In this document: positions 55,715 through 64,000 of the stretch, one piece after another
How positions within the stretch are numbered: the stretch's first letter is position 1
Layout of the letters: each line of letters begins with the position of its first letter
NCBI GenBank assembly: GCA_937903135.1
Contig: CALDAH010000028.1
Span: forward strand, 2,474 to 66,473
Source: an uncultured Alphaproteobacteria bacterium
Lineage (GTDB): Bacteria; Pseudomonadota; Alphaproteobacteria; Rs-D84
Direction of reading: 5' to 3'
DNA length: 64,000 bases
Notes under the pieces: model-generated
The model's database searches: none
What the model saw: only the letters and a program-made list of their open reading frames with translations
Told to the model about the DNA's origin: nothing
Program-made: the position numbers and the translations under genes

Positions 55715-57550
55715 TTAAATATCCGTGTTTTTACGTGTCTTTTTGCGGATATTACTGTCTAGTTCTTTTTTGCGCAGGCGAATTGTATCGGGCGTTACCT
55801 CAACCAATTCGTCGTCTTGGATATATGACAGTGCCTCTTCTAGTGATATGCGCCGGGGCGGTGCTAAAAATAATTTTTCATCCGCTGTAACCGAACGCAT
55901 ATTGGTAAGCTCTTTGCCCTTGATCGGATTTACCTCAAGGTCGTTTTCCTTTGTATGTTCGCCGATAATCATCCCCGAATATACCTGGGTCTGGGGATCA
56001 ATAAACAGCGTACCGCGCGGCTGCAGGTTAAAGAGTGCATATGTTGCCGCCGCGCCGTTTTCCATAGATACCAATACCCCCGGGCGATATTGCGATATCG
56101 GGCCGCGGTATGGGCCATATTCTGCAAATACGCGGTTCATAATACCCGTCCCGCGCGTATCTGTGCGGAATTCAGATAAATATCCGATAAGACCGCGTGA
56201 TGGCGCAGAAAATACAATGCGCGTTTTACCAATGCCCGATGGTTTCATTTCTGTAATCGTTGCCTTGCGCATGGTCATTTTTTCAATAACTGTTCCTGAA
56301 AACTCGTCGTCTACGTCAATAACGACATCTTCAATCGGTTCTAAGGTATTGCCGTTTTCATCTGTATGCGTTACGACGCGTGGGCGACTAACGCTTAGCT
56401 CGAATCCTTCGCGGCGCATGGTTTCAATTAAAATACCCAGCTGCAGCTCGCCGCGGCCTGATACCTCGAATGATTCATTGTTTTCACTCTGGGCAACCTT
56501 TAATGCGATGTTTGTTTCGGCCTCTTTAAACAATCTTTCGCCGATCATACGCGACGTTAGTTTTTTTCCGCCGCTGCGTCCGGCCAATGGCGATGTGTTT
56601 ACAAAAAATGTCATGGTAAGGGTCGGCGGATCAATCGGCAGTGCCGGAATCGGTTCGCTAACCGACGGGTCGCATAGGGTATCGGCCACGGTCGCTTTTG
56701 AAAAACCTGCGATAACAACGATATCCCCGGCAGATGCACTGTCGCGGGATACTTTTTCCACGCCACGGTGTTCAATAATTTTTGTGATTTTTGCGTTTTC
56801 AATGAATTCGCCGTTCATGTTAATGGCCTTTACCGCCTGGCCGACGCGAACGGTCCCGGATTCAATTTTTCCCGTTAATATTCGCCCGACGTATGGATCG
56901 GCCTCAAGCGTGGTTGCCAGCATTTTAAACGGCGCGTTCAGCTCGCATCGTGTGCCGCCACAATCCGGGGCAGGGACATGATCAATAATCAGCTGAAACA
57001 GCGGGGTTAGATCCTTTTTCTCGTCGGCAAGGTCACGAACGGCCCAGCCGTCACGCCCGACCGAGTATAGGTATGGGAAATCCAGCTGGGAATCGGTCGC
57101 GCCAAGTTTATCAAATAAATCAAATGTTTCGTTTAAAACCTCGTCCGGGCGGGCATCGGCACGGTCAACCTTGTTAATACATACAATCGGGCGCAGTCCG
57201 AGTTTTAAAGCCTTGGACAGAACAAACTTAGTCTGGGGCAGTGGCCCTTCGGCGGAATCAACCAATAAAACAACGCCGTCAACCATGGATAAGATACGTT
57301 CAACCTCGCCCCCGAAATCGGCGTGGCCCGGGGTGTCAACGATATTAATCTTATATTCGCCCCATTGAATAGACGTAGGTTTCGCCGATATCGTAATACC
57401 ACGTTCGCGTTCAATATCGCCGCTGTCCATTACTCGGTCTTCTACTTTCTCGTTTGCGCGGAATGTTCCGGCCTGTTTTAACATATTATCAACCAGTGTG
57501 GTTTTCCCATGGTCAACGTGTGCGATAATTGCAATATTGCGAATTTTCAT
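55715..57550 (-). CDS. typA: translational GTPase TypA/BipA
   Basis: 611 aa: IRNIAIIAHVDHGKTTLVD, DSGDIERERGITI, DTPGHADFGGEVER, NKVDR. Confidence 0.95.
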   Translation of the reverse strand: MKIRNIAIIAHVDHGKTTLVDNMLKQAGTFRANEKVEDRVMDSGDIERERGITISAKPTSIQWGEYKINIVDTPGHADFGGEVERILSMVDGVVLLVDSAEGPLPQTKFVLSKALKLGLRPIVCINKVDRADARPDEVLNETFDLFDKLGATDSQLDFPYLYSVGRDGWAVRDLADEKKDLTPLFQLIIDHVPAPDCGGTRCELNAPFKMLATTLEADPYVGRILTGKIESGTVRVGQAVKAINMNGEFIENAKITKIIEHRGVEKVSRDSASAGDIVVIAGFSKATVADTLCDPSVSEPIPALPIDPPTLTMTFFVNTSPLAGRSGGKKLTSRMIGERLFKEAETNIALKVAQSENNESFEVSGRGELQLGILIETMRREGFELSVSRPRVVTHTDENGNTLEPIEDVVIDVDDEFSGTVIEKMTMRKATITEMKPSGIGKTRIVFSAPSRGLIGYLSEFRTDTRGTGIMNRVFAEYGPYRGPISQYRPGVLVSMENGAAATYALFNLQPRGTLFIDPQTQVYSGMIIGEHTKENDLEVNPIKGKELTNMRSVTADEKLFLAPPRRISLEEALSYIQDDELVEVTPDTIRLRKKELDSNIRKKTRKNTDI

Positions 57551-57673
57551 TTAGTGCCTCTGTCGGATTTAGGTTTTTATTTTTAATAAGCAAAGATTAT
57601 ACTAAAAATTCATATTTTCAACAAGTATATGAAAAATATTGATTTTTTTTGAATATATTGCTGGGGTTGCGTG

Positions 57674-57701
57674 TTGACATTTTAATGTTTGGTGTTATGA
57701 T
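57674..57701 (+). promoter_or_regulatory. sigma70-type promoter
   Basis: TTGACA, 16-nt spacer, TATGAT, 30 nt upstream of the 57732 ORF. Confidence 0.55.
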
Positions 57702-57731
57702 TTGGTAAAAAAATAAATAAGGGCAGTTATT

Positions 57732-58310
57732 ATGAATTATGATAAAAAAGAAATTTATATGGATATTTCTGACGGTTTTAAGTGTTTTATAATGCTGGTG
57801 CTGTTAAAGAAACGTAAAATGATCGCAAAGCTATCTGAAAAGGAACGCGATGATTTTAACGCCGCGCTGAGATATGTTGAAACGGTCGCACAAGAACCAT
57901 GGGTATTTTTTTCGCGTGCCGCAACACGGGATGTCTATCAGTTTCTTAATGTCAGCGAATTAACCCCGGTTGAAAAAGATGCCCTGGATCGGATTCGTTC
58001 GCCCCGTTTAACAAACGGATCTGATGATTATGTAATAATTGAGCCAAAGACTATTGTGATAAAAAATTCATTAAATATGTTTTTAGATAATGAATTATTT
58101 CGCGATTTTTATTCATTTTGCACCCTGGTTCAAAATTGGGAATATGATCGCGTGTCTGCGAACGTTGCGATGGCAGTTAATTCATATAAATTTTCGGCAA
58201 AGATCAGACAGGATACGCAGAACTTGAAAAAACAGGTTAAGGTAATGGATGTAAAATCCGGTCCGATGATTTTATGGCCAATACGGAAATTGCGTTCGTG
58301 GATGCGTTAA
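57732..58310 (+). CDS. hypothetical protein
   Basis: 192-aa ORF with a near-consensus promoter upstream and a terminator downstream. No motif recognised. Confidence 0.5.
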   Translation: MNYDKKEIYMDISDGFKCFIMLVLLKKRKMIAKLSEKERDDFNAALRYVETVAQEPWVFFSRAATRDVYQFLNVSELTPVEKDALDRIRSPRLTNGSDDYVIIEPKTIVIKNSLNMFLDNELFRDFYSFCTLVQNWEYDRVSANVAMAVNSYKFSAKIRQDTQNLKKQVKVMDVKSGPMILWPIRKLRSWMR

Positions 58311-58338
58311 AAAATCCGGCAAATGCCGGATTTTTTTT
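58311..58338. terminator. bidirectional Rho-independent terminator
   Basis: AAAA-ATCCGGC-AAAT-GCCGGAT-TTTTTTT, between convergent genes. Confidence 0.8.
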
Positions 58339-58340
58339 AA

Positions 58341-59618
58341 TTAATGCTTCCCGCCAATTTTGGTTCGTCCACCCATTAACGGTTGCAGCTTTTTCGGGAT
58401 ATTTACAGACCCGTCTGCGTTTTGGTGGTTTTCCAAAATCGGAACTAATGCACGTGGTACGGCGATCCCTGTGTTATTCAGCGTCGCACAGAAACGCATT
58501 GAACCGTCCGCTGCGCGATAGCGGGTGTTCGTTCGGCGTGCCTGGAATTGACCAATAGATGAACAGCTGCCAAGTTCTTTATAGCTGTTTTCACTTGGCA
58601 CCCAGGCCTCGACATCATTCATCTTTACCTTATTAAATCCCATATCGCCCGTAGAGTTTGCAATAACGCGATAGGGCAGTTCAAAATCCGCGATTATATC
58701 GCAGAGGTTGTTTAGGATATGCTCGTGCATTTCATCGGATTGTTCCGGGGTGCAGAAAACATACTGTTCAACCTTATTAAACTGATGAAAGCGTGCCAGA
58801 CCGCGGGTATCGCGCCCGGCGGCGCCGGCCTCTTTGCGGAAACATGGGGAAAATCCTGCGTATTTTATCGGCAGATCTTTTTCATTTAATATTTCGCCCG
58901 AATGCAGTGAATTCAATATAATCTCGGCTGTGCCGGCCAGGCAGCGATCAGTCCCCGATAGCATAAATACATCGCCCGACATTACAGATAAATCCGATCC
59001 GATGAAATGCCCGGCGTCAAATATTGTCGCAGGTTTGGTAATTGACGGGCATTCAATAAATATAAAACCGTTCGCGATTAATTTTTGTATTACATATGTT
59101 TCAATCGCCAGCTGCAGTTCGGCCGCTTCGCCGATTAAGGCGTATGTGCGCGTCCCGCATAGCTTTGCGATTTTTTCCGGCGCCCACCATCCGTTCATAT
59201 CCAACAGATCCCACTGCGCGCGTGGGGTAAAATCAAATTTACGCGGTGTCCCTATGCGGCGAACTTCGGTATTAAAACTATCATCCGGGCCAATCGGTGC
59301 GTCGGCGGATGGAATCTGTGGGACGCGATGCATTAAATCGTTTAATTTATCCTCGGCTGTGGACAGCTCGGCCAGGTCGGCGGCAATCTCTGCGCCGATT
59401 TCCTTTGATCGTGCAATTAGCGGTGCTTTGTCGGTTGCGGTTGGAATTTCACGGGTAATTTTATTCTTTTCCGCGGTCATATTCTGCGTAATTGTTTTTA
59501 ATTCACGAACACGGGCGTCGAGTTCTAAGATCTCGTCGGTCGGGTCGGCAAACCCTTTAACCCGGCAGGCGTTTTTAACAATATCTGGGTTTTCACGAAT
59601 AAATTTTATATCCAGCAT
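58341..59618 (-). CDS. serS: serine--tRNA ligase
   Basis: 425 aa: MLDIKFIRENPD, an N-terminal coiled coil, and class II motifs FSPCFRKEAGAAGRDTRGLARFHQFNKVE and GIAVPRALVPILENHQNADGSVNIP. Confidence 0.95.
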   Translation of the reverse strand: MLDIKFIRENPDIVKNACRVKGFADPTDEILELDARVRELKTITQNMTAEKNKITREIPTATDKAPLIARSKEIGAEIAADLAELSTAEDKLNDLMHRVPQIPSADAPIGPDDSFNTEVRRIGTPRKFDFTPRAQWDLLDMNGWWAPEKIAKLCGTRTYALIGEAAELQLAIETYVIQKLIANGFIFIECPSITKPATIFDAGHFIGSDLSVMSGDVFMLSGTDRCLAGTAEIILNSLHSGEILNEKDLPIKYAGFSPCFRKEAGAAGRDTRGLARFHQFNKVEQYVFCTPEQSDEMHEHILNNLCDIIADFELPYRVIANSTGDMGFNKVKMNDVEAWVPSENSYKELGSCSSIGQFQARRTNTRYRAADGSMRFCATLNNTGIAVPRALVPILENHQNADGSVNIPKKLQPLMGGRTKIGGKH

Positions 59619-59769
59619 AGTTTTTAATTCCTTATGTTTAAAACAAATATACTTTATTCGGTCTGAAAAATCAATATTTTCATATACGTATAAAATGTTT
59701 GCGCAGTATCTGTGTCTGTGTTATGCTGATGTGAAATTAAATTATAAAAAAGGACAAGGAGTATTCCAT

Positions 59770-60675
59770 ATGTTGGAAATCTATGACGTTATTATTTTAG
59801 GATCAGGGCCGGCCGGGTTAACGGCGGCACTGTACTGTGCGCGGGCAAATAAAAAAACTCTGATTTTAGGTGGCGATCGCCTGGGCGGGCAGACGGCCGG
59901 GATCGCTGTTTTGGAAAACTATCCCGGGTGGCGCGGCAGTGGTTTAGAATTATCTGAATTTATGCTGTCCCAGGCCACGACATTCGGCGCCGAGATTGTA
60001 TATGCCAGCGCTAAAAGCGTATCGGGTGACGCAGAGAGTGGTTTTAATGTTTTATGTGATGACGATAATAGATACGTTGGGAAAACTGTAATCGTCGCGA
60101 CGGGCGCATCCCCGCGCAAGCTGGAGATAGAAGGGGCACGTGACTTTTTCGGCAAAGGCGTATCGTATTGTGCAACGTGTGATGGATTTTTCTATTATGA
60201 CAAAGATGTGATCGTTATGGGTGGCGGGAATTCGGCCCTAAATGATGCGTTGTATTTAGCGGATATTGCAAAAAGCGTGAAAATAGTTTATCGCAAGGGG
60301 GCATTTACCCGGGCCGAGGCCGTATTGCGAAACCGTGTCGCGGAACGTGAAAATATTGAATGCTTGTTTAACACCGATTTGAAAAAAATATCCGCCGCTG
60401 CGGATTCTGAACGCCTGGTCGCGACAACGACCGACGGGACGGAAATTACCGTTGACGGTATATTCGTTGCAATCGGTCACGAGGCGAATACAGACTTTTT
60501 AACCGAGGATATTCGTCGCGATAACATGGGACGTTTAATCCCATCCGAGATGCCCGAGGGTATATTCGTCGCAGGTGACGTTCATTCCGAGATTAAGATG
60601 CAGATCGCGACCGCCGTCGGCACAGGCTGCAGCGCTGGGATGGATGCAATTGCGTATCTGAATTCAAAATCATAA
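59770..60675 (+). CDS. trxB: thioredoxin-disulfide reductase
   Basis: 301 aa from MLEIYDVIILGSGPAGLTAALY (FAD GxGxxG), redox-active CATCDG, and GGGNSA (NADPH site). AAGGAG upstream. The upstream part of the track ORF (58834-59769) is antisense to serS. Confidence 0.9.
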   Translation: MLEIYDVIILGSGPAGLTAALYCARANKKTLILGGDRLGGQTAGIAVLENYPGWRGSGLELSEFMLSQATTFGAEIVYASAKSVSGDAESGFNVLCDDDNRYVGKTVIVATGASPRKLEIEGARDFFGKGVSYCATCDGFFYYDKDVIVMGGGNSALNDALYLADIAKSVKIVYRKGAFTRAEAVLRNRVAERENIECLFNTDLKKISAAADSERLVATTTDGTEITVDGIFVAIGHEANTDFLTEDIRRDNMGRLIPSEMPEGIFVAGDVHSEIKMQIATAVGTGCSAGMDAIAYLNSKS

Positions 60676-60679
60676 AAAT

Positions 60680-60703
60680 ACCCGCGTTATGCGGGTGTTT
60701 TTT
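60680..60703. terminator. Rho-independent terminator
   Basis: ACCCGC-GTTAT-GCGGGT followed by GTTTTTT. It abuts the convergent 60702 gene stop. Confidence 0.75.
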
Positions 60704-62504
60704 AGCGTGCGTTGCAGGTTTTATGCTGCAGAAATCTAATCTTGGCCATTATGCGTTCCCGACCGGGCAGATCTGACGTTATGCCCCGGGATATAAATTC
60801 GGTTGCGGCGTTAATCTCGGCCCTGGTGTATTTATGTAAAACGCGGCACAGCGCTTCCCAGTCTTGGTATATAACGATATTTGTAATCTTGCGAATATAT
60901 GGTTTTTCAAACATCGTGTGATTAATCCGTATTGCGCCCATGTCAATTATTGTATTGCCGCGGATATTTTCTATGTTTAAATCAAATGGTCGGGCGGGCT
61001 TAAATTTTTCAAACGGTGATCCGGGTATCGTTGATTTTCGCACATCGCCATTAATATACGGGTATATTATATATCGTTCACCGCGTTGATTGCTAATCCC
61101 GGCCGTAGATACGGGGCGAAATCTGATTTTCCCGTAAAACTTTTTCCCCGATAATAAAAAAGAATTTTGTATCTCGGTATTATGACACCATGCATCGGAT
61201 AACGCGTATGTATTACTGCTGTGATAGATTTTCCAAACATACCCATTCCCGGTGCCGATATTAATAATAAATGTTTTGCTAAATTGCCCCGCCCCTAGTA
61301 ATTCAATCGCTGATGGCTGTTTGGTTATTCGGGTCAGTGCGTCGGATAGTTCTGTTAATGCGGGGCATGGCGTATCGGCGTTTACGAATGAAAATATATT
61401 CGCATATGGCGAATAGAGTTTTCGTGTCGCGGCGACAAATGCGCTGTGCAGACGACGTGTTGCGTCGCCGCGCATATGCAGCGGGATCATTTCCAGCCAT
61501 TGATATGGGAAACATCCCGGATTTTTATATCGGCCGGTGATTGCTATGCCGTTCATTTTATAATCCGAGATAGGTTTATGTCGTATGTATTTATTTATCG
61601 CCGCCACCGGCGCATCCGCGTTCGGACGTTCGGATATAACCTGGGACAGCTGGGGCAGGGTTATATCACATATCTCGCACGTGGCTGTATGCGAGTTATA
61701 TTTTTGAATATAATTATCAATTTTATAGCCGAGTTTTTCAATCTCTGGGATAAATGAGTATAGCGCGCGACGTTCGGCGCTGGTTATGCTATCGTTGCAT
61801 ATAAATGAATATCTAAGTGATTCCAGTATCACGCCTTTGCTGATATGCGATATTTGTTTTTTATTTATTATATATTTAAAATTTTGCTCGGCTTCGTTCC
61901 TCTTGGCCGCGTTAATGGCGGAATTTAGCTTCTGGCTAACCGATATCTGGTCGTTATATTTTATTACATACGACGGGGTATTTTTTATTCCATGCTTGTT
62001 AAATATCAACGGCAGTACTGAAATAACCGATACGTTAAATATCCGGCGTTTTTGTATTTCAAAATAATAAACACCGTTATATATATTTACCGTGTAAACG
62101 CGAATGGCGTTATTCCCCGGATGTATAACTTTTTTTAGATTCTGACCAACGCCGGGCGAATGGGCGGTAATGTGATAATTTACCGGAATCTGTAAAATTT
62201 CAATATTCGGACACCCGCTGAACGCATAGCGGTATACATATTTTAATTTTTTCCCCATGCATAATATACGCAGCCCGGGGTTGTTGCAAAATACGGGCGA
62301 TTTTATATCGGTTACAGAATCCGGTATATATAACTCGGTCAGCCCGGGCAGATTATTCCCGACATTTTTTTCTATTGTCCGTACGCCATGCGGAATACGT
62401 AAAGCGCCGATCGGATCTAAATCCGATGCATCTGCCGATAAAAGGGTGTCACCTATTATTTTCATTTTATTTATGCTTGCACAGAGATGCGTTTTTGTCA
62501 ACAC
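60702..62504 (-). CDS. leucine-rich-repeat (BspA/LRR_5-type) protein with a C-terminal protein-kinase-like domain
   Basis: 600 aa. The N-terminus has LRR_5-like units (IPHGVRTIEKNVGNNLPGLTELYIPDSVTDIKSPVFCNNPGLRILCMGKKLKYVYRYAFSGCPNIEILQIP). The C-terminus has LGAGQFSKTF (Gly-rich loop), YVWKIY (candidate Lys), FDLNIENI (HRD-like) and IIDMG (DFG-like). The kinase call is an inference from motif spacing. Confidence 0.55.
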   Translation of the reverse strand: MLTKTHLCASINKMKIIGDTLLSADASDLDPIGALRIPHGVRTIEKNVGNNLPGLTELYIPDSVTDIKSPVFCNNPGLRILCMGKKLKYVYRYAFSGCPNIEILQIPVNYHITAHSPGVGQNLKKVIHPGNNAIRVYTVNIYNGVYYFEIQKRRIFNVSVISVLPLIFNKHGIKNTPSYVIKYNDQISVSQKLNSAINAAKRNEAEQNFKYIINKKQISHISKGVILESLRYSFICNDSITSAERRALYSFIPEIEKLGYKIDNYIQKYNSHTATCEICDITLPQLSQVISERPNADAPVAAINKYIRHKPISDYKMNGIAITGRYKNPGCFPYQWLEMIPLHMRGDATRRLHSAFVAATRKLYSPYANIFSFVNADTPCPALTELSDALTRITKQPSAIELLGAGQFSKTFIINIGTGNGYVWKIYHSSNTYALSDAWCHNTEIQNSFLLSGKKFYGKIRFRPVSTAGISNQRGERYIIYPYINGDVRKSTIPGSPFEKFKPARPFDLNIENIRGNTIIDMGAIRINHTMFEKPYIRKITNIVIYQDWEALCRVLHKYTRAEINAATEFISRGITSDLPGRERIMAKIRFLQHKTCNAR

Positions 62505-62584
62505 GATAATATATCGTGGCGTGGTGTGATTTTTGGCTTTTCAGTTTTGTGTTTTTATGTTAAAATTAAGGTCATAGAGAGAAT

Positions 62585-64000
62585 ATGAAAAACATTACAC
62601 GATTTTTATTATCCGCGTTATGCATAATGCCATTCGAGGTATCTGCGACGCCCGTCCCGACGACGCTGGGCAGTAATTTAACCGCATTTAACGGATCGTC
62701 GGGGGCAACAAATAATAATAACTGGAATACGTTGATGAACGCGCGTCCGACTGCGCCCGCGGCGGATTTTGGAAACTGTAATGCAATTATTTTACGATGT
62801 GCCCAGCCAAAGTGTTCAAGCGGTGGCTGTTCGTCATTGGATATTGCCCGTCCGATTGTATCGGGATGTGTTCAGTCAAATGCAAACTGCAAGCAATACG
62901 GTGACGATTTAATTGAATATATATCAGCACAGCTGGTTGCAACATCAACGGCACGTGCGAATGAACAATCGGCGGCTGCCGCCGCGGCGGCCGCATCCGC
63001 CCAGCAGCAACAAAACGCCGTTCAGATGCAACAGCTGCAGTCACAAATGCAAAACCAGATTCAGCAGATGCAATCCCAGATGGCGGCCGCGAACGCTGAA
63101 ACGGTTGCGCAGCTGCAGTCCGCACTGGATGAACAGAAACAGCTAACCGCGGCGGCAATTGCTGCAAATACCGCGTCTGCGCCCGCAACATCTTCGGCCG
63201 CGAATGGTTTAACCGATCATCAGATATCGGCCGCCGAAAGCGGTATATCGGCCGATGTTTTAGCGCGCGAACAGATAGCGGGCGAGGTTATGTCTAAGCT
63301 GGAAAACGCCCAGACTAATCTAAAAAAGCTAAAGGCGACGATGGACGGTGTTTTTGAATACGCCGGATGTGATAAAACGGGGAATAACTGTACCGGGCCG
63401 AAACGTGTGACAACATTTAAAAATCGTGCGATGGAATTTTTTGAACCGTATAACGACGTTTTAAACGAATTATTTGACGCACTGATTTTGGCACAATCTG
63501 TCGGCGTGGATATTAAAGATATTTACATGATGCTAAACGGCAGCTGTAACTTATGGGGACAGTATTTATGCTATGGCGAAAATAAGCAATATAATAGCAA
63601 TAATTGCAAGGGGGGAAAATCTGTTGCATATGGCGGAACTGCCCGTGGGGGACATGAATGTACGATTAACTCGGTTGTCCCGCCCGAAGATGACCCGGCA
63701 TGTACACTTCAGAAAACATTAACAGATCAGGAGCAAATTCGCCAGGAATGGCTGTATGCAGAAACCGGATCGCGTGATTCAATTATCCGCCTTGGATGTG
63801 CATCGGCTGCGCTGGAAACATCAGCAATGTTTCGGGGACGAAAAAAACAGGCGTCAATTGATATTGACACGCTTCAGCGTATTATTGAACAGGATGCGCC
63901 GCGCGTTTATTCTAATCGTTCCGGAATCGGTACTACCCCGGGGCTGGATGGTGTAAAATACTGCGCTATTGGGGAAAAGCGTTATAATGAATTAACAAAG
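62585..64000 (+). CDS. secreted Cys-rich / Gln-rich hypothetical protein (3' end beyond window)
   Basis: Not in the ORF track because no stop is reached. It is open for 472 codons from the ATG at 62585 to the window edge. Signal peptide MKNITRFLLSALCIMPFEVSA, at least 18 Cys, and an A/Q-rich coiled segment (QQQQNAVQMQQLQSQMQNQIQQMQSQM). Confidence 0.6.
   Translation, partial: MKNITRFLLSALCIMPFEVSATPVPTTLGSNLTAFNGSSGATNNNNWNTLMNARPTAPAADFGNCNAIILRCAQPKCSSGGCSSLDIARPIVSGCVQSNANCKQYGDDLIEYISAQLVATSTARANEQSAAAAAAAASAQQQQNAVQMQQLQSQMQNQIQQMQSQMAAANAETVAQLQSALDEQKQLTAAAIAANTASAPATSSAANGLTDHQISAAESGISADVLAREQIAGEVMSKLENAQTNLKKLKATMDGVFEYAGCDKTGNNCTGPKRVTTFKNRAMEFFEPYNDVLNELFDALILAQSVGVDIKDIYMMLNGSCNLWGQYLCYGENKQYNSNNCKGGKSVAYGGTARGGHECTINSVVPPEDDPACTLQKTLTDQEQIRQEWLYAETGSRDSIIRLGCASAALETSAMFRGRKKQASIDIDTLQRIIEQDAPRVYSNRSGIGTTPGLDGVKYCAIGEKRYNELTK

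Noticed and set aside
55450-55890. 146-aa plus-strand ORF spanning the intergenic region and the 3' end of bipA.
   Set aside because: It overlaps the bipA coding sequence in antisense. The product is Cys/Arg/Phe-rich, with no RBS. The region is better explained as non-coding: the promoter of the polysaccharide operon plus an inverted repeat.
55725-56981. 418-aa ORF on the plus strand.
   Set aside because: It is entirely antisense to the strongly supported bipA/typA gene. The product is Ser/Arg-rich and low complexity, with no start context. It is a typical antisense shadow ORF.
58834-59769. Upstream 312 codons of the 613-aa track ORF that ends as trxB.
   Set aside because: This part is antisense to serS and reads through the serS/trxB intergenic region. 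TrxB homology starts at MLEIYDVIILGSGPAG (59770), which has an AAGGAG RBS.

Overview
64-kb chromosomal window from a Gram-negative bacterium. An alphaproteobacterial, possibly host-associated, origin is my inference from an AddB-type recombinase, a divergent secB/mltA pair, LolCD, a DUF721/DciA-like gene and a divergent rsmI/LpoA-like pair. I call about 60 CDS and 5 tRNAs: Met/Ile2-CAT, Thr-GGT, Gly-TCC and Tyr-GTA. No rRNA, CRISPR array, transposase or integrase was seen. Most genes are housekeeping: lpxK/lpxC, gyrB, ung, aspS, uvrB, tsaE, ftsQ, lolCD, rsmI, engB, addB, xthA, mnmE, ruvA, ruvC, yebC, secB, mltA, recA, bipA, serS and trxB. Accessory content: (1) an R64-thin-pilus-like type IVb assembly module (PilO/P/Q/R-like) beside lpxC, with a secretin-like lipoprotein about 21 kb away and no pilin or peptidase in the window; (2) a six-gene glycosyltransferase locus between recA and bipA that includes a tandem GT2 duplication; (3) effector-like proteins near the 3' end, namely an LRR plus kinase-like protein and Cys/Gln-rich secreted proteins. 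The observations most worth follow-up are a T-box-like antiterminator module upstream of aspS, an in-frame FtsA-Rpe fusion in a dcw remnant with no adjacent ftsZ, a roughly 200-nt promoter-to-terminator structured RNA candidate after tRNA-Met, a fused double-ArsR regulator divergent from a CPVC membrane protein pair, and a gyrB-HhH-unknown-ung operon divergent from a RusA-like gene. All family calls rest on motifs read by eye. No database search or RNA-folding computation was run.
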